64,000 bases of DNA. Origin: the human T2T-CHM13v2.0 reference genome, Homo sapiens. Shown piece after piece: positions 18,128 through 34,820 of this stretch (its first letter is position 1; every line of letters begins with the position of its first letter). The stretch lies in NCBI RefSeq assembly GCF_009914755.1, contig NC_060941.1. One strand, given 5' to 3'. Under the pieces are notes generated by a model. That model was not told the origin of the DNA and searched no databases. It worked only from the letters and a program-made list of their open reading frames with translations. The position numbers and the translations under genes were made by a program.

Positions 18128-19075
18128 TCAAGCCAGTGACCGCCTCCCTGTGAGCATCCTCCAGATGGCACTCTGCACATCAGGGTTTCTGAAGCTGTAG
18201 ATGATTGGGTTCAGCATGGGATTGATGACAGTGTTGAAAATTCCAACAGCTTTATCCTTGTCTGAAAGCTTGGTTGAACCCAGTCGCATATAGTTAAAGA
18301 TACCTGAACCATAGAATATGGCAACCACAGTGAGGTGGGAGCCACATGTGGAGAAGGCTTTCTTCCTGCCCTCTACAGAGCGAATTCGCAGGACTGCAGC
18401 TGCCACGTGGATATAGGAGATGACAATGAGAGCCATGGGGGTACCTGCCATTATAAAACCCACAGCAAAAAGCAGCAGCTCATTGAGTTGGGTGCTGGAG
18501 CAGGAGAGCTGGAAGAGCTGTGGGAGGTCACAGTAGAAGTGATTGATCACATTGGGGCCACAGAAGTTGAGCGTGGACATGGCCACAGTGTGGGTCAGTG
18601 CGTTGGTGAAAGCACAAGCCCAGGACGCAGCCACCAACATCCTCTGGACTGTCTGACTCATGCGGGTGCTGTAGGTGAGGGGCCGGCAGATGGCCAGGAA
18701 TTGGTCATAGGCCATGGCAGTCAGCAGGAAGCAGTCCACTCCAACGAACAGATGGAAGAAGAAGAGCTGGGTAAGGCAGGCCCCACAGGGAACTGCACGC
18801 TTGCGGGACAGGAGACGACTCAACATTGATGGAACAGTGACGCTGATGCACCCAACATCCAGCACTGATAGGTTCCCCAGGAAGAAGTACATGGGGGTGT
18901 GGAGTTTGGGCTCCACCAAGACAGCTGCCAGGATGCTGAGGTTGCCCCTGACCGTGACCAGGTAGGCAAAGAGGAAGAGCACAAAGACAACTGGCTGCAG
19001 CCCTGGCGCCTCCAGCAAGCCCAGCAGGATGAACTCAGCAATGACTGTTCCATTGGCCCCAGATTCTGGCTGCAT
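18128..19075 (-). CDS. OR3A1: Olfactory receptor 3A1 (OR17-40), 315 aa, Q125 allele
   Basis: ATG at 19075 ([10 protein letters not shown]…), intact 7TM OR motifs, MAYDQ in place of MAYDR; acceptor tttctttgcag|GAACTCATG just upstream. Confidence 0.94.
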   Translation of the reverse strand: MQPESGANGTVIAEFILLGLLEAPGLQPVVFVLFLFAYLVTVRGNLSILAAVLVEPKLHTPMYFFLGNLSVLDVGCISVTVPSMLSRLLSRKRAVPCGACLTQLFFFHLFVGVDCFLLTAMAYDQFLAICRPLTYSTRMSQTVQRMLVAASWACAFTNALTHTVAMSTLNFCGPNVINHFYCDLPQLFQLSCSSTQLNELLLFAVGFIMAGTPMALIVISYIHVAAAVLRIRSVEGRKKAFSTCGSHLTVVAIFYGSGIFNYMRLGSTKLSDKDKAVGIFNTVINPMLNPIIYSFRNPDVQSAIWRMLTGRRSLA

Positions 19076-20177
19076 GAGTTCCTGCAAAGAAACATCCAGG
19101 GAGGAAAAGAATCACTCCTCCCAATAATTTATTTACTCAAGAAAAAGAAACAGACCCCCTTCTACTTGCCCGGCCCTCTGCCACGTTCCCTCTGTACAAG
19201 TAAGGAATTTTGCGCTCCTTAGGCCACACTACACTTGTTTACTCTGTCGCTACATTTACCTGAATAACTTTATTTGCAGGCGTAAGCACAGGTAACATTA
19301 CCACTCTGGACCTCCCTCCTCCAACCCGCCCCCCAGCTGCAAGAACCTATTTGTAAAGATTATGAAAGACAAACCCTTGGGAAAAATAAGCAAAAAGTGT
19401 ACTTCTGGTTTGAACATGGCCGAGTAAATCCAAAATGTTCTCTTCTCAGAACTTATCTCTTTCCAAAACAAGCAGAAAAATAAACATACAGATTCTATCT
19501 TCAAAGAAACTAGTAAGTGTCCACAACCCCAATCCATAAACTAGATTGGATGGATTCAAGAACAGTAAAGATCAAATAGGAGAGTGACAAGAAGCAGAGA
19601 GAGGAAATCCATGACTGTATAAGAGTTAAATGAGTATAATTCTCTTAAAAAAAAAAAAAAGGGTGGGTAGGGGGAGGCAATCAACAAAAAACAAAACCAA
19701 AGCTCTTGTTTGCAATAATGGGTATATGGTGTAAAGTATGGCACCATAATCCTCTGTGACCCTGAATTGGACTCAAGAAGCAGAGAAAAGGCTAAATGAA
19801 GACTTAGGTACACAGGCTATAGATAAAGCATAAAACTGGAGGCAAAAGGTAGAAAAAAATACATCAGTTCTAACAGTTCTATTTACCTGTCTGCATTCAT
19901 TACACACAAATAAAAGCTAAAATAATTTACCTCCAATTCTGAATCACAAGGTAGGTTCCTGCTAGTCTGAAACATGTCTTAGACTTGCAAGATACAAGCA
20001 TCTTGTGAATATCTAGTTTGGCAAAAACTCATGTCATTTAAGGATTAAAACAAACCTGCACATCATATAAACAAGGATTCTACAAGAAAAAAGAGGTAAA
20101 TAAACAAGAAAGACAAATGGATGACAAAATTCACTCCATCAAAGAATGTTGCCAATGAACATATGAAAACTGTTACC

Positions 20178-20631
20178 TGGCAAAGACATGGAATCAACCC
20201 AAATGCCCATCAATGACAGACTGGATAAAGAAAATGTGGTACATATACACCACGGAATACTATGCAGCCATGAAAAAGAATGAGATCATGTCCTTTGCAG
20301 GGATGTGGATGAAGCTGGAAGCCATTATCCTCAGCAAACTAATGCAGGAACAGGAAACCAAACACTGCATGCCCTCACTTATAAGTGGGAGCTGAACAAT
20401 GAGAATACATGTACACAGACAGGGAAACAACACACACTGGGGCCTGTCATGGGAGGGTGGCCAGGGCGAGAACATTAGGGAAAAGAGCTAATGCATGCTG
20501 GGCTTAATACCTAGGTGATGGGGTGATAGGTGCAGCAAACCACCATGGCACATGTTTACCTATGTAACAAACCTGCATGTCCTGCACATGTACCCCAGAA
20601 CTTAAAAAAATAAAATAATAACAATAAAAAA
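20178..20631 (+). mobile_element. Short 5'-truncated L1PA (about PA8-13) 3' end
   Basis: ORF2 end (…SLISGS), 3'UTR and A-tail; TSD GAAAA(C/T)TGTTACC at 20165-20177 and 20632-20644. Confidence 0.88.
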
Positions 20632-20644
20632 GAAAATTGTTACC

Positions 20645-23460
20645 CAACATTTCGGCCTCTCTAAAAATAAAATAAAAAAAAAACTTAAGGAGGCATTTTC
20701 TGGTATAAAATAAGAAAACAGAGTAAAAATATAAGAGCTGAGGGAAGGGATTGCAAGAAAGATAAGAAATATGAGCTGGAAGAAGAAAGAAAAGATGTTA
20801 AAGAAATGTAAAATTACTATACCAAAAAAACCAATATTAGAAACAATACATGGAAAAAAATTAGACAGATGCAGGAACAGTATTTTAAAAGATGACAAGA
20901 TGCAATGAGAAAAGAGAGAAAATGACAGATATGAGAAAAGACAAAGGAGATCCAATCTATGTACATTCGAGTTACCAAAGGAGGAAATCAAAAAAGTGGA
21001 AAAGAACAATTATTTAAAACTCAATTTTAATTAAAAAATTACAGAAACACTTGACTTTACAATTCAAAAGTGTACACTTTGTCCCAGGAAACATTCATAC
21101 AGAACGCCAGCATTGTTACATACCACTGGAGTATCACTGAATATCAATGATTAAAAAAATGGATAGCCTAGTCAAAAAACAGACAAACAAACAAAATCCT
21201 GTCAATTCTAAAGGAAAGAAATTAAGGTAGCATATCATTTCTCCAAAGTAACAGTCAAAGTTGGAATGTAATGAAGAACATGCCTGCAGTCTCCGGGGGA
21301 AGAAATGTGATCCAAAATTGTTGAAACTATCTAGACTATTATTCAAATATAATATTCATATATAAAGTTAAGTTGGCAATCTGAGAATTCAAGGAAAGTT
21401 ACAAACATTAGCCATTGTTGAAGAAAGCAGACTTCAGAGTTTTGTTTTGTTTGTTTTTTTTAACAGAAGCTTTTTTAAGAAACAGACTTCAGTCAACAAA
21501 AAGAAAAATAGGAACTCTGCAGTCTATAAACTGGTGGTTAATATTAAATGTATTTAACAATAGGTCTAAGACTAAAACATTTGTGAAAATTGTAAGTATG
21601 AAAGAAAGTGTAAATGTTTTTAAAATCTCAAAAGGTAAAATGTTTATAATTAGCAAAAAAAGGAGATAGGAGGACGTATGTGTTGATTTCCTCATCTTCT
21701 ATAGCTGAATGTTAAAAGATATTATTTAAACCTGATAAATTACATAATGGGGGTATAAGTACACAAATCAGTATAAAAGAAAGATTAATATAACATAATC
21801 AAATAAATTACATGGTATAGGAGAGAGAGAAAAGGGAAAAGAAACAGGAATATACTAATTTCATTGTGCTTATACCAGGGAATTAGTAGACACTGACTAA
21901 AAACAGAGTATTGGAACTCTACACAAAGTTACAGTTATAAAAGTAACCCTAGAAAAAAATCTTCTAAAATATAAGAGGAAGGATGCATACAAAACAAAGA
22001 CAAATGTAGCCCTTACAGTGAAAGGCTATTTCAAAACAATAAAAGCAAACAGTATAACATAACAGAACAAAATTAGTACCAAACACACTTACAATGATAA
22101 AGCCGAGTGGGCCAAGCTCATCTAGTAAAAGAAAAGAATTTCAGGTTGGATCTAAAAAATACAACTCTAGGCTGATGCCAAAATATACAGCCAAAACCAA
22201 GTTAATTAGAAAGGGTGAAAGGTAAAGGAATACCAGTCAGATGTAAACGAAAATAAAGCAGGGATCATAATCTTAATATAAAATGTGTTTGAATTCAAAA
22301 AAGTCAGTAAATGAGGAAAAGAAGAGCATTTTATAAGGGGTGCAAGAAGATGTAATAGGTATGAAAACGAATGTCCTAAGTATATAGCATTGATACGTAA
22401 AGCAAAAAGCACAGGATGTTCAAAGAGAAATAGTCAGAAACAGGGTAACAGTGGATTTTAGTGACTTTCAGTCCATATAAATTTAAGTTGGCAGAATAAA
22501 GGCGATAAAAACCTCAATATTTTTCAAGAGGTAGAACCAATTGACATTGTACACCTTCCTTAAAGTGCCCATGAAACATTTACTGCCCAGAAACAGCATA
22601 TATAAAACCAGAAATTCAGCAAACTTCAAAAGAACAAATAATACAAACAATGATATATGATCACAGCCCAATGGAAAGAAACATGATTTTAAAAATAAAA
22701 TCCAATATTTAAAGAAATCCTTAAGAAACGGTTGGACCAAACAGAGAATGAAAACTAAAACTAAAGAATATCTGCAGGAGAAGAAAAAGGAGATAATGAC
22801 AGCAGCACATTTTAAAAAATGGATTAAATCAGTGTTCAGAAAAGAATTCGTAGCCTTAAATGAGTATATCCACAACAACGAAAGAATTAAATGATCCAAT
22901 CAAGACATTAGAAAAGGAACCATAAGAAAAGTCATAATAAAAGCAAAACTTGAGTAGAAAGAAATACAGAGCTAATAAACAAGTTCAAGAAATCTTTTAT
23001 GGGTAGGAAAAGGGGTACATAAACTTGTTAAATTTTTTATTAATTCAATCAATAAAAAGAAAATACAACTGTATAAAACAACAATTTATAAAGGAAAATA
23101 ATCACAATTACATTAAAAGATTAAAAAGTACTTACAAAGTCACTTTACCCCAATCTATATTTTTTGAAAAATTGGACATAATTGGTAAAATATGATTAAA
23201 AATCATGTGAAAACTTGCTCGAGAAAAGTTGAAAAAATTGAAACAAGCTAATTACTATGGGAAAAAGATACAGAGAAAGTTGTTCAAAAAGGGACTCCAT
23301 TCCATTACACTACCACCAACATTCCGCCATCCCCACCAAAAAATGGAAAAATTGTGTTAAACTTTCAAGGAATCATTTTTTCCAATGTTACTTGACTGTA
23401 CTGGGATATTGAAGAAGGAAAGCTTTTCAAATTACGTTTATGGAAGGGGCATAACATCTG
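20645..23460 (+). mobile_element. Highly degraded old L1 (L1M) ORF1/ORF2 region
   Basis: Strongly A-rich plus strand with residual L1-like motifs (e.g. 'aaagcagggatcataatcttaata', 'aattcgtagccttaaatgagtat'); boundaries are approximate. Confidence 0.55.
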
Positions 23461-23879
23461 GTTCTTTTCTTTCACTCTCTGCTCCCTCAGCCAGTAGCTG
23501 CCCCCTCTGGGCCCTGCAGAGATTCCCTTTTCTACACAGGTTCATTTTATATCTGCAATTAAGGCAGAGCAGCAGTTATGGACACCAGGCAGAGCTGGTG
23601 GAAGCCTCAAAGCTAGAATCCCAAATTAGGTCCCCATAAGGTGGTGGCTGTCGGATTTGGGAGATGTTGCATAGGGTGTCTCCTAAAAATTCTTAAATCA
23701 ACAATTCCTGTTGTATCACCCTCTGAGTCTAATCATCGACTTAAAAATCATTCACTATAAATACTCTGTGAATTGACATATCTATAGGAGCAGAACAATT
23801 CCCTTACATATTAAGTAATTAATTAAACTACCTCTCATTTGCCCTTTCCCATCCACTTTAACTCAGGTTGTAAGGTTTT

Positions 23880-24247
23880 ACACCCTTTGATTCTGTATCT
23901 TCCCATCTTTGTTCTAACCATTTACTTTATCTGGAACATCCTCTAACTAATTCTAAGTTCTCAAATCCTTTGGCTCAATTAAAATGTGCTTCCTCTGTAA
24001 AGGTTTTCCTGGTCCTGCCCCATCTCATATTCCTGTCCACTAAACTCTGCGGCACTTTAATTGTATACTTTACGGCTCTTAGCTCTGTTAACCTCTCACA
24101 CGGACATTTCTCTATAGAGCACACCTCCTCTACTCCATTGTGGCTTGCCAACAGATTTCTGCCAAATTCAGCTTTGCATTCTTAATGCCTTGTGTCACAC
24201 TTTGCATACAGTAGGGTTCAATATTTCTGAAATAAATAAATAAATGA
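23880..24247 (+). mobile_element. L2 fragment
   Basis: Ends with '…cagtagggttcaatatttctgaaataaataaataaatgaa'. Confidence 0.5.
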
Positions 24248-24754
24248 ACTTTGAAAGTATGACCGTAAGAGCAACAATATTTCAGTAAAAGGGAGCATCA
24301 GATTGGGCTGTAGGAGTTGGGAAAGGCTTTCTGGATGAGCTGGAGTTTGTGCAACACGATAAAAGATTGATACGATTTAAGGGAGGTGCAAGTGTGAGGA
24401 AAAGGCACAGAAGTACTGCTGTAGGTGTCTCTTCTCCCTTTATCTAGATGGCGTGGGGTTTCTTTGTTGTTCTTCTTTTTTATTAGTTTCTTCTAGAGTC
24501 AAGATAGATGGGGTGGTTCTGAGGACTCATTTGGGAATAGTTAAGACATTAGTTAAAACAATCCATTCACGGAGATGTCTTTTTGATAGAACATCTCAAA
24601 AGAATTTGGCAATTAGGAATGGTAGACCCTATGAATAAATAAGAATAGGCTAGAAGAGTACACCCCACAGAGATGCCATATAACCCAACAAGAGTCTAGG
24701 ATGAACACTGGTCTATGTTTCCAAGAAGCCTGTCTTACACAGGATCACAGTGAT

Positions 24755-25990
24755 GACCTCACCTGTAGAGACTCACCTGGATTACCACTCTCAGGCATCC
24801 AGCTTGAGGCTCAGGCTGCCCTTATTGAGTGATCCTGGATCCCTGCTCCAACATTCCAACTAAGTCCTTTATGCATCTGATGATCGTGACTCAATACAAC
24901 CCTCTGTTGTAGGAACCTGGTTCAGCGTTGCTCCCCGAGAAATGGGTCCAGGCAGGAAGGTTGGATTCTCTGAGTGCCCTCCTACTCACTTCAGTAAAAA
25001 GAGAAAGCAGGCCTCATCTAGGAAGGACGGGCATTGGCAACGTGCCCTGGCATGGGAGAGTCCCAGATCTTTCTCTCACTTGATATGTTATCTCGAACAA
25101 GACTCTCTTTCTCTAGTAAGTCCTCCATGAAATAAGAGATTTGACCACTTGGTAACAACTCAAATGCCACCTCTATTATTAGGGAGCAGAAGGGGGCCCC
25201 CGGAGAGTCCTCACCTCGTTGTGGATACAGAGGCCAGCAAGGTTTCTATTGAAGGGAAAGGAAGCGGGTGAAGCACTGTGCAGGCCTGTGCTCCGGAGAG
25301 CAAAGAAGGGCCATATACGAGAAAACGAGTGAGCCAGAAATGAGATCATCCAGTCATCTATCCACTGCCGTGTCAGCCTCTGGGGATCTCAGAATTAGCC
25401 CTTCCAGGAAGGTTCGGAGGTTTAGGGAGCCACAGAGCAATAAACAACCCAAGCTTTTAATGAACCCAATAATGATGCCTTATGACTTTGTGATGCTTTT
25501 GATTTTCTCAAAGAGGCCTCCCCTCCAACTCCTTACTGCACCCCTCATATTAGTTTCATGGGGGTAATTAGGGAGTATTAATAATCCCATTTATCATACC
25601 ACACCAATGAAGTCCAGAGAATTTATTCATCTTCACAAAGCCACAGTGGATCTAATGGTGGTGCTGAGGCTAGAGTAAGTATCCAGACAGAGCGTTGTTC
25701 TCCCAGATTCCTCTCGGAACAAGAGTTCTGAGCAGAGAGAGCTGACTCTCAGGCTTGCCCTGGAGGTGAGAAGGAGGCACAAGAATGGAGACAAAAGGGA
25801 GAAGCTTTCTCCAACCTTGGCTTTCTAATGAGTCCTCAGGAATGCAGTGCTTTCTCCCTCAGGACCTTGTTAATCGGGGGCACTGGGGGGCACTGGAATT
25901 GCATCTTGGGGACCCCATCATGACTTTGGAATTGGTGGTAGAAGAGCTGAGTTCAGTTAGGAGGGACCAAGGGGTCCTGAGGGACGTCTC
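24755..25990 (-). promoter_or_regulatory. Candidate OR3A1 5' non-coding exon(s) and promoter/enhancer region
   Basis: Unique GC-richer sequence with minus-strand donor CAG|GTGAGT (~24776); TAATGA sites at 25458 and 25826; O/E-like CCTCTGGGGA (25377) and TCCTGAGGGA (25975). Confidence 0.4.
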
Positions 25991-26254
25991 TTCCCACTGT
26001 AATTCTCTAGGCCAGGACCTTAGAAGTTGAGACTCTTGGTGATGAGGTTAATGAACGGCGAATGTGGAGAGGTTGCCGAGCCCTCCCTCAATGTCCTACT
26101 CCCTGTTCAAACAGGAAGTGCCCACCATGATGGAGACCTTGCATTTCCTTTGCTGCAAAACCTCCAGCCCTTCACACTTCCCCAGAAGAGCCTGGTAAGA
26201 AAAACACTGACGTGGTGTACACTCACACTTGCTTTTCCAGTGACTGACGGCGTG

Positions 26255-26590
26255 CCTTAGGACCAGCTGCTCAGCAACTCTGGCCTTCCATTTCTTCATG
26301 TGTAAAAACAGAATAATATTTCCAACCACAGAGGGTTGGTCTAAGAATTAAATAAAATAATAGTTAAAGCACTTGGTAGGGGATCAACAAATATTAATAC
26401 TAATAAAATGGCAATCATTAATATTTGCTTTATTTTGGTGCATTATCTTAATTTTCTGGACAACTCTTTGACATGGCTTTGTTATTTGCTCCACTTTGCA
26501 GAGGAGGAATTTGAGGCTCGGGGAAGTTTAGTAACTTACTTAATGTTACCTATCTAGGATGTAGCAGAGCTGGACCTCAAGCCACAAAGC
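26255..26590. mobile_element. Two MIR fragments in opposite orientations
   Basis: 'ccttccatttcttcatgtgtaaaaa' and 'ccactttgcagaggaggaatttgaggctc' cores. Confidence 0.6.
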
Positions 26591-26763
26591 ATGATTTTAA
26601 CAACTTTTCTATAAGACTTTCCCTTCCCTCTTTTTTTTTTTTAATCTGCTTCAAAAAACAACTTTTATGACATCATCTGATCACTATGACTGTCTCTGCC
26701 CTCAAGACTCTGACTTTTGTGCCAGCCTTTTCAGCTTCTTCTAGCAAATGTAAATTAAAATCA

Positions 26764-27084
<321 letters not shown>

Positions 27085-27183
27085 AATCACAATAGAGACA
27101 CTATTTTACATGTACTATTGGCCTAAATGAAGAAACGACATAATATCAAGTTTTGATGAAAATATTGAGCAACAAAAATTTTT

Positions 27184-29211
<2,028 letters not shown>

Positions 29212-29953
29212 TGACCGACTGGGAAAGGGCTAGTGGCGACATTTCATCTGCAGATGCTTTGCTGTTGGTCTCGTCAAAGTGCCTGGTATCTGTCATGCAC
29301 TGTGTGAGCCTAGGGCTCCACATCCAATGTCATGCTCATTCTGGGAAGGCCAGTACTCAGTTCGGGCTAAAAGCGGCTGCCACCCACAGTACAACTTTCT
29401 ATCTCACTAGGCTGCCCCTGTTCATCACAACATATTTTAAAGGAATAGTAATTTAAATAGTGTTATATTTGAGCAAAATTAGAGAAATCAACCAAAATAA
29501 CACATTAGAGGACCTGTAAATAATATATGGAAATTTGATCCATGACATGGTGGCCAATAGATCAGTAGGAAAGGACAAGTCTTTCAATAAATAGTGCTGG
29601 AGCAACTGAGGAACCACAAAGAAAAAAATGATATTATATGTCTTTCTCACGCCATGCATAAAGGTCAGTTTCAGGTAGATGTGATACTTATACTGAAGAG
29701 TAAAAATGTAAATCATTGAACATATTCTGTGGAATATCTTTATAATATTTTAGGAGGTAAATATTTCTTAAATAAGTTGAAAGAACTTTAGTTATCTAAA
29801 AAATAAGACAGCAATTTGCCTACACTAAAATTTCAAGCCTCTACTCATCATATGACAATGATTTTCTAAGTGAAAAGGCAAGCTACAAATTTGATTTTCA
29901 GCATATATAGCTGTTCTGAAGTATCCAAAATATATTTCAAACTTCTACAACCA

Positions 29954-30510
<557 letters not shown>

Positions 30511-32224
30511 GTACCAAAATAACAGTAAGCCAAAGTAACAGTAAGCCAAAAATAAAGCAGACTCTACATGCATTGCAGCTTGGCTTTGATTAGGGGGACT
30601 GAGACAACACTCTTTGTAGGAGTCTACACAACCTGTGTGATGGCTGGTGGGCACATGAACCATTCTTGGCTCTACGCCTCAGAGACTTTTCCTTCCTACT
30701 GCCTTATAGTGTTTTTCTCTCCGGATGTTAGAGTTTTCTCTCATGCACACACAGATTCCAATGCAGCCAAGGACCGGCGAAGACCCACCTGCAGGACTCT
30801 GGAGCTGTCTATCTGTGAAGCTCCCTCTTCTCCAGTACTTTCCCTCACCAATTCGTGCTGCCACAGCCAGCCTGAACTCTGTCTCCTCAATTCAGAAGAC
30901 CACTGGGCTCTGTTTGGGTTCTCCTTGCCCTGGGTGTGGTTGGCCACTCTTTCTGGCAATAAGCTGAGGCAACTGTATTTCTCACACTGCTCTAGAGGTA
31001 AGGATTCACCATCCTGCCCTGCATGGTATCCACTGCTTCATAGATTTTGTTTGGTTTCTTAACTGTTTAAAATGGGAGAGTAAATCTGGTCCCTGTCACT
31101 TCATCATCATGGCCAGAGTAGTTTTCTAAGGAAATACAATTTCCCAAAACTGTTTATGAAGAAAAAGAAAATTTAAACAGAACAAAAAACAGAAATATTG
31201 ACAAAGCTTTGGTCCTCCCTTCCTTCAAAAGCCTGCGGTCCATATGATTTCATAGGAGAATTCTACCAATCATTTAAAAACAAACTAGGTATATTCATAC
31301 AATGGAATACTTTCAGCAATAAAAAATAAACTATTGATACATGCTACAACATGAATGACTATAAAATCCATTATGTTGAGTAAAGGAAGCCTTACATAAA
31401 GGCATATGCACTGTACGATTCCACTTATATAAAGTTTTAGAATAGGTAGAATTAATCTATGTTGAAAAAATCAGAACAATAATTGTTTTTGAGTAGTCAT
31501 TTTTTAACTGGAGAAAGGTACGGGGTAACATTTTTGGGTGCTGGCAATGTTCTGTATTTTGGTAAGTGTATGCATTTGTCAAAACTCAGTAAGTGTGCAC
31601 TTCACATTTCTGTGTTTCACTGCATATTGTTTGCATAAACAACAGACATAAACATATTGAAGTTGTGTTATGATATGCATGCTTAAGTATTTAGGGGGAC
31701 ATGTACTGATGTCTGCATCTAGAGGGGTGGAGAGGTATGTCTTCGTTTTTTTCCTTCACAGTTGACAGTTAAAATACCTCTGTTAACCACCAATCCACCA
31801 GGCCTTGAAGCCAATCAAAACTCCCCTTGAAACAAAGATATAGGCAAGGAATATGAAGAATATAAGCAGGGGATATGAAGACTACATGTTTCCCTGCCCC
31901 TTATATAAAATATAACTGAGTAATTTTTACTTTTGTCATGAAGTAACAAGGAATCTAGTCTTGGGAATGTAGAGTATCAATGGAAGAGACGAGATCCTTG
32001 CACAAATTAGGGAGGCAGAGATTACTCATGACATAGGACAAAAATCAGAGATGCAAATACTTTGTTGTATTATTATTCATAATGGCAAAAAATTGAAAAC
32101 TAAGTATGCAATGGTTAAGTGAATGTTAGCACATGCAAACGGTAGCATATTAGAAAATCATAAAATTTTGAAGAATAATATATTACACGAAGCTCAAATA
32201 TAAAGACAGTAAAAGAAAGTTGAA

Positions 32225-32288
32225 AATAAAATTCTATTAAATATCATACCTTTTGTAATAAAATTCTATTAAATATCATACCTTTTGT
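32225..32288 (+). repeat. Perfect 32-bp tandem duplication
   Basis: AATAAAATTCTATTAAATATCATACCTTTTGT x2. Confidence 0.9.
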
Positions 32289-32446
32289 AAACCACAAATG
32301 ATTAGACGTGTGTGGACACATGCATAGGAATAGTGATTAGGTGGTAATTATTTGGTTCGTGCCTTCCTTCTTTATGAGCTGATAAGCTCCATGTAGGGAG
32401 GGAGCATGTCTGTATTTGGTCACCTCTTTACTAGCATATTACCTGA

Positions 32447-32932
<486 letters not shown>

Positions 32933-34609
32933 ACCCCCATTTTGATGAGGTTACTTCCTCATCCAGGAGGCACCAGATGTAATGCAGTTACCTAGATGCT
33001 CCCACTCCCCCTTCCAATTCCTACAAATAAATAGAGTGTTTGTGGGGGGTGGGGTCCCTTTCTACTGAAAAGCTTGCCATAGTGTGTGTAGTCTAGTGAC
33101 GCTCAACCTTAGCCCCTCTCCGTGTGGAATAGGGAGAGTGCAGGGGATCACTGTGCTCTACTACTCTTCAAAAAAAAAAAAAAAAAAAAAACACTGTAAC
33201 CCCTTTTATTTTCTCCACTTAAAATCAAATAGAAAACAAAAACCACTAATATCTTCAAAAGACATTGTTAGTGTAAGAGAAAGACTAAGAACAAAAATTG
33301 GGTTTATAGAGTCAAACATAAGTGAGTGTCACTCTTATACTTCCAAGTTTTTCCACAACAAGGCATGTGGTTCAACTGGATTTACACACGCACGCGTGCT
33401 TGTGTGTGTGCGCATTTTGTACAAAAGGTTTTGTACATCTTGGGTTCCTGTGGGATGTTCAGGTAGAAATATCCAACACACAGGCATTAGGGTCCACAAC
33501 TTAGTGTCTGGGAGGGAGATAAAAACTGAGGATCGCCTGCATGTACTGCCTTTGGATTGCTATGGGAAGACAGAGGAAGGCCTCCTAGCCTGGCCCCAGG
33601 GACTCATAGGCAGTTTCTGGAAAGGAGGAGACCTGCAATGAGTCTTCAAGGAGGAAGTTCCCTTCCTTAACATTGTGTCAGAAAAGGAGACGACACAGCC
33701 TCCGGTATGTCAGGAGAAAGCAGAAATAATGGGTTCTATTTGAGCTCTGCAACTTAGCCTCTTCCAAGGACAGCTGTCAACAGAAATCCCAATCCATCCT
33801 AATTCTCTGACAACTCCTCCTTGGCCCATGACAGGCTTAAGCCACTATGAGTTTCCTCAAGTGATCCTGCAAAGAGCTTCTTCCAAACCTGTTAATGAGA
33901 GTCAGTGAGAATGCTTAATTAATGAACAAGGAATTAAAATTGCAGTTGATGTCTGAAGCCACCATCAGATGTTAGTGAAAGTAGATGGTCCTGTTCTAAA
34001 AGTCCTCTAACACTTTATCTTCCTTTGTGGTGTTGGAGGCATGAGACTAGAAAACATTTTGAGCCAGGATGCTACAGGTTCTAGATTACACTGTGGGAGC
34101 CCAGAAAAAGGCAAAGCGCTTGACTGAGACTAGAAGAGAAGCCGGGCTTGAGGATGGCTCACGTGAGCTGTGATGGGAGGTGACCTTGTGAGATGATGGC
34201 AAGAACACTGATCCAGGGATGAAACAGGAGGAAATCCTGACCCAGGCTCTGGCCTCCTCCCAGCCCCATGCTGCAGGCCAGGTGAGAAAGTCACAAGTCA
34301 CTGCTCCTCTCCTCTCCTGTCCCCACCCAAGATGATGGGCTGGATTAAATCAGAAACCCAAAATCTCAACACCGTCCCCAACACAAGGTGACTTTCAGGA
34401 TTTTAAGTCTTTGAGATGTTCATTTTAACTCTATAAAATGTTGATTACAAGAGTGCCGTTTCACCAGTGCTCAAAAATATTTTTGTTAAATAAATGAATG
34501 AATTTTGCCATATTGAAGAAGGCTGTACTTGGAAACATTTTGACAAGTCCATAACATTTTAAAAATATTTGAGGTCATTATGTCTTTGGCAAAGGCAGGT
34601 GTCTTTACC

Positions 34610-34820
34610 TGGTTCTGGCTCCCCCTGGAAGGTGCTAATTTCTGAGGCCTCCAGGGGAACAATGAGGAGGAGAAAAATCCCAGTGTGAAAATGATGTCAG
34701 CGGAGTTGCTTGTCCCTTTGTCTGTCTGTCCTTTATAAGCCATCCCCTCTGCAGAGGCTGCTGAGCCGGCGGGACTGTCCCTCCTCCTCTTTGCCCATCT
34801 CTTTGGCCGGGTGAGTCTCA
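34610..34820 (+). promoter_or_regulatory. Candidate OR3A4P promoter and first non-coding exon
   Basis: TAAT site, O/E-like CTCCAGGGGA (~34649), TATA-like TTTATAAG (~34732) and donor GG|GTGAGT at 34811, ~1.9 kb upstream of the ATG. Confidence 0.4.

Noticed and set aside
19076-19087. MQEL N-terminal extension of OR3A1 in the ORF track
   Set aside because: It starts at TTG and spans the probable splice acceptor; the real ATG is at 19075.
30568-31062. 164-aa ORF
   Set aside because: No recognisable homology; it lies in degraded old-repeat-like sequence between L1M fragments.
33084-33641. 185-aa ORF with poly-Lys, an orphan A-tract and a small TGTACAAAA/TTTTGTACA inverted repeat
   Set aside because: Non-ATG start, no recognisable domain, and no TSD or parent gene identifiable by eye.
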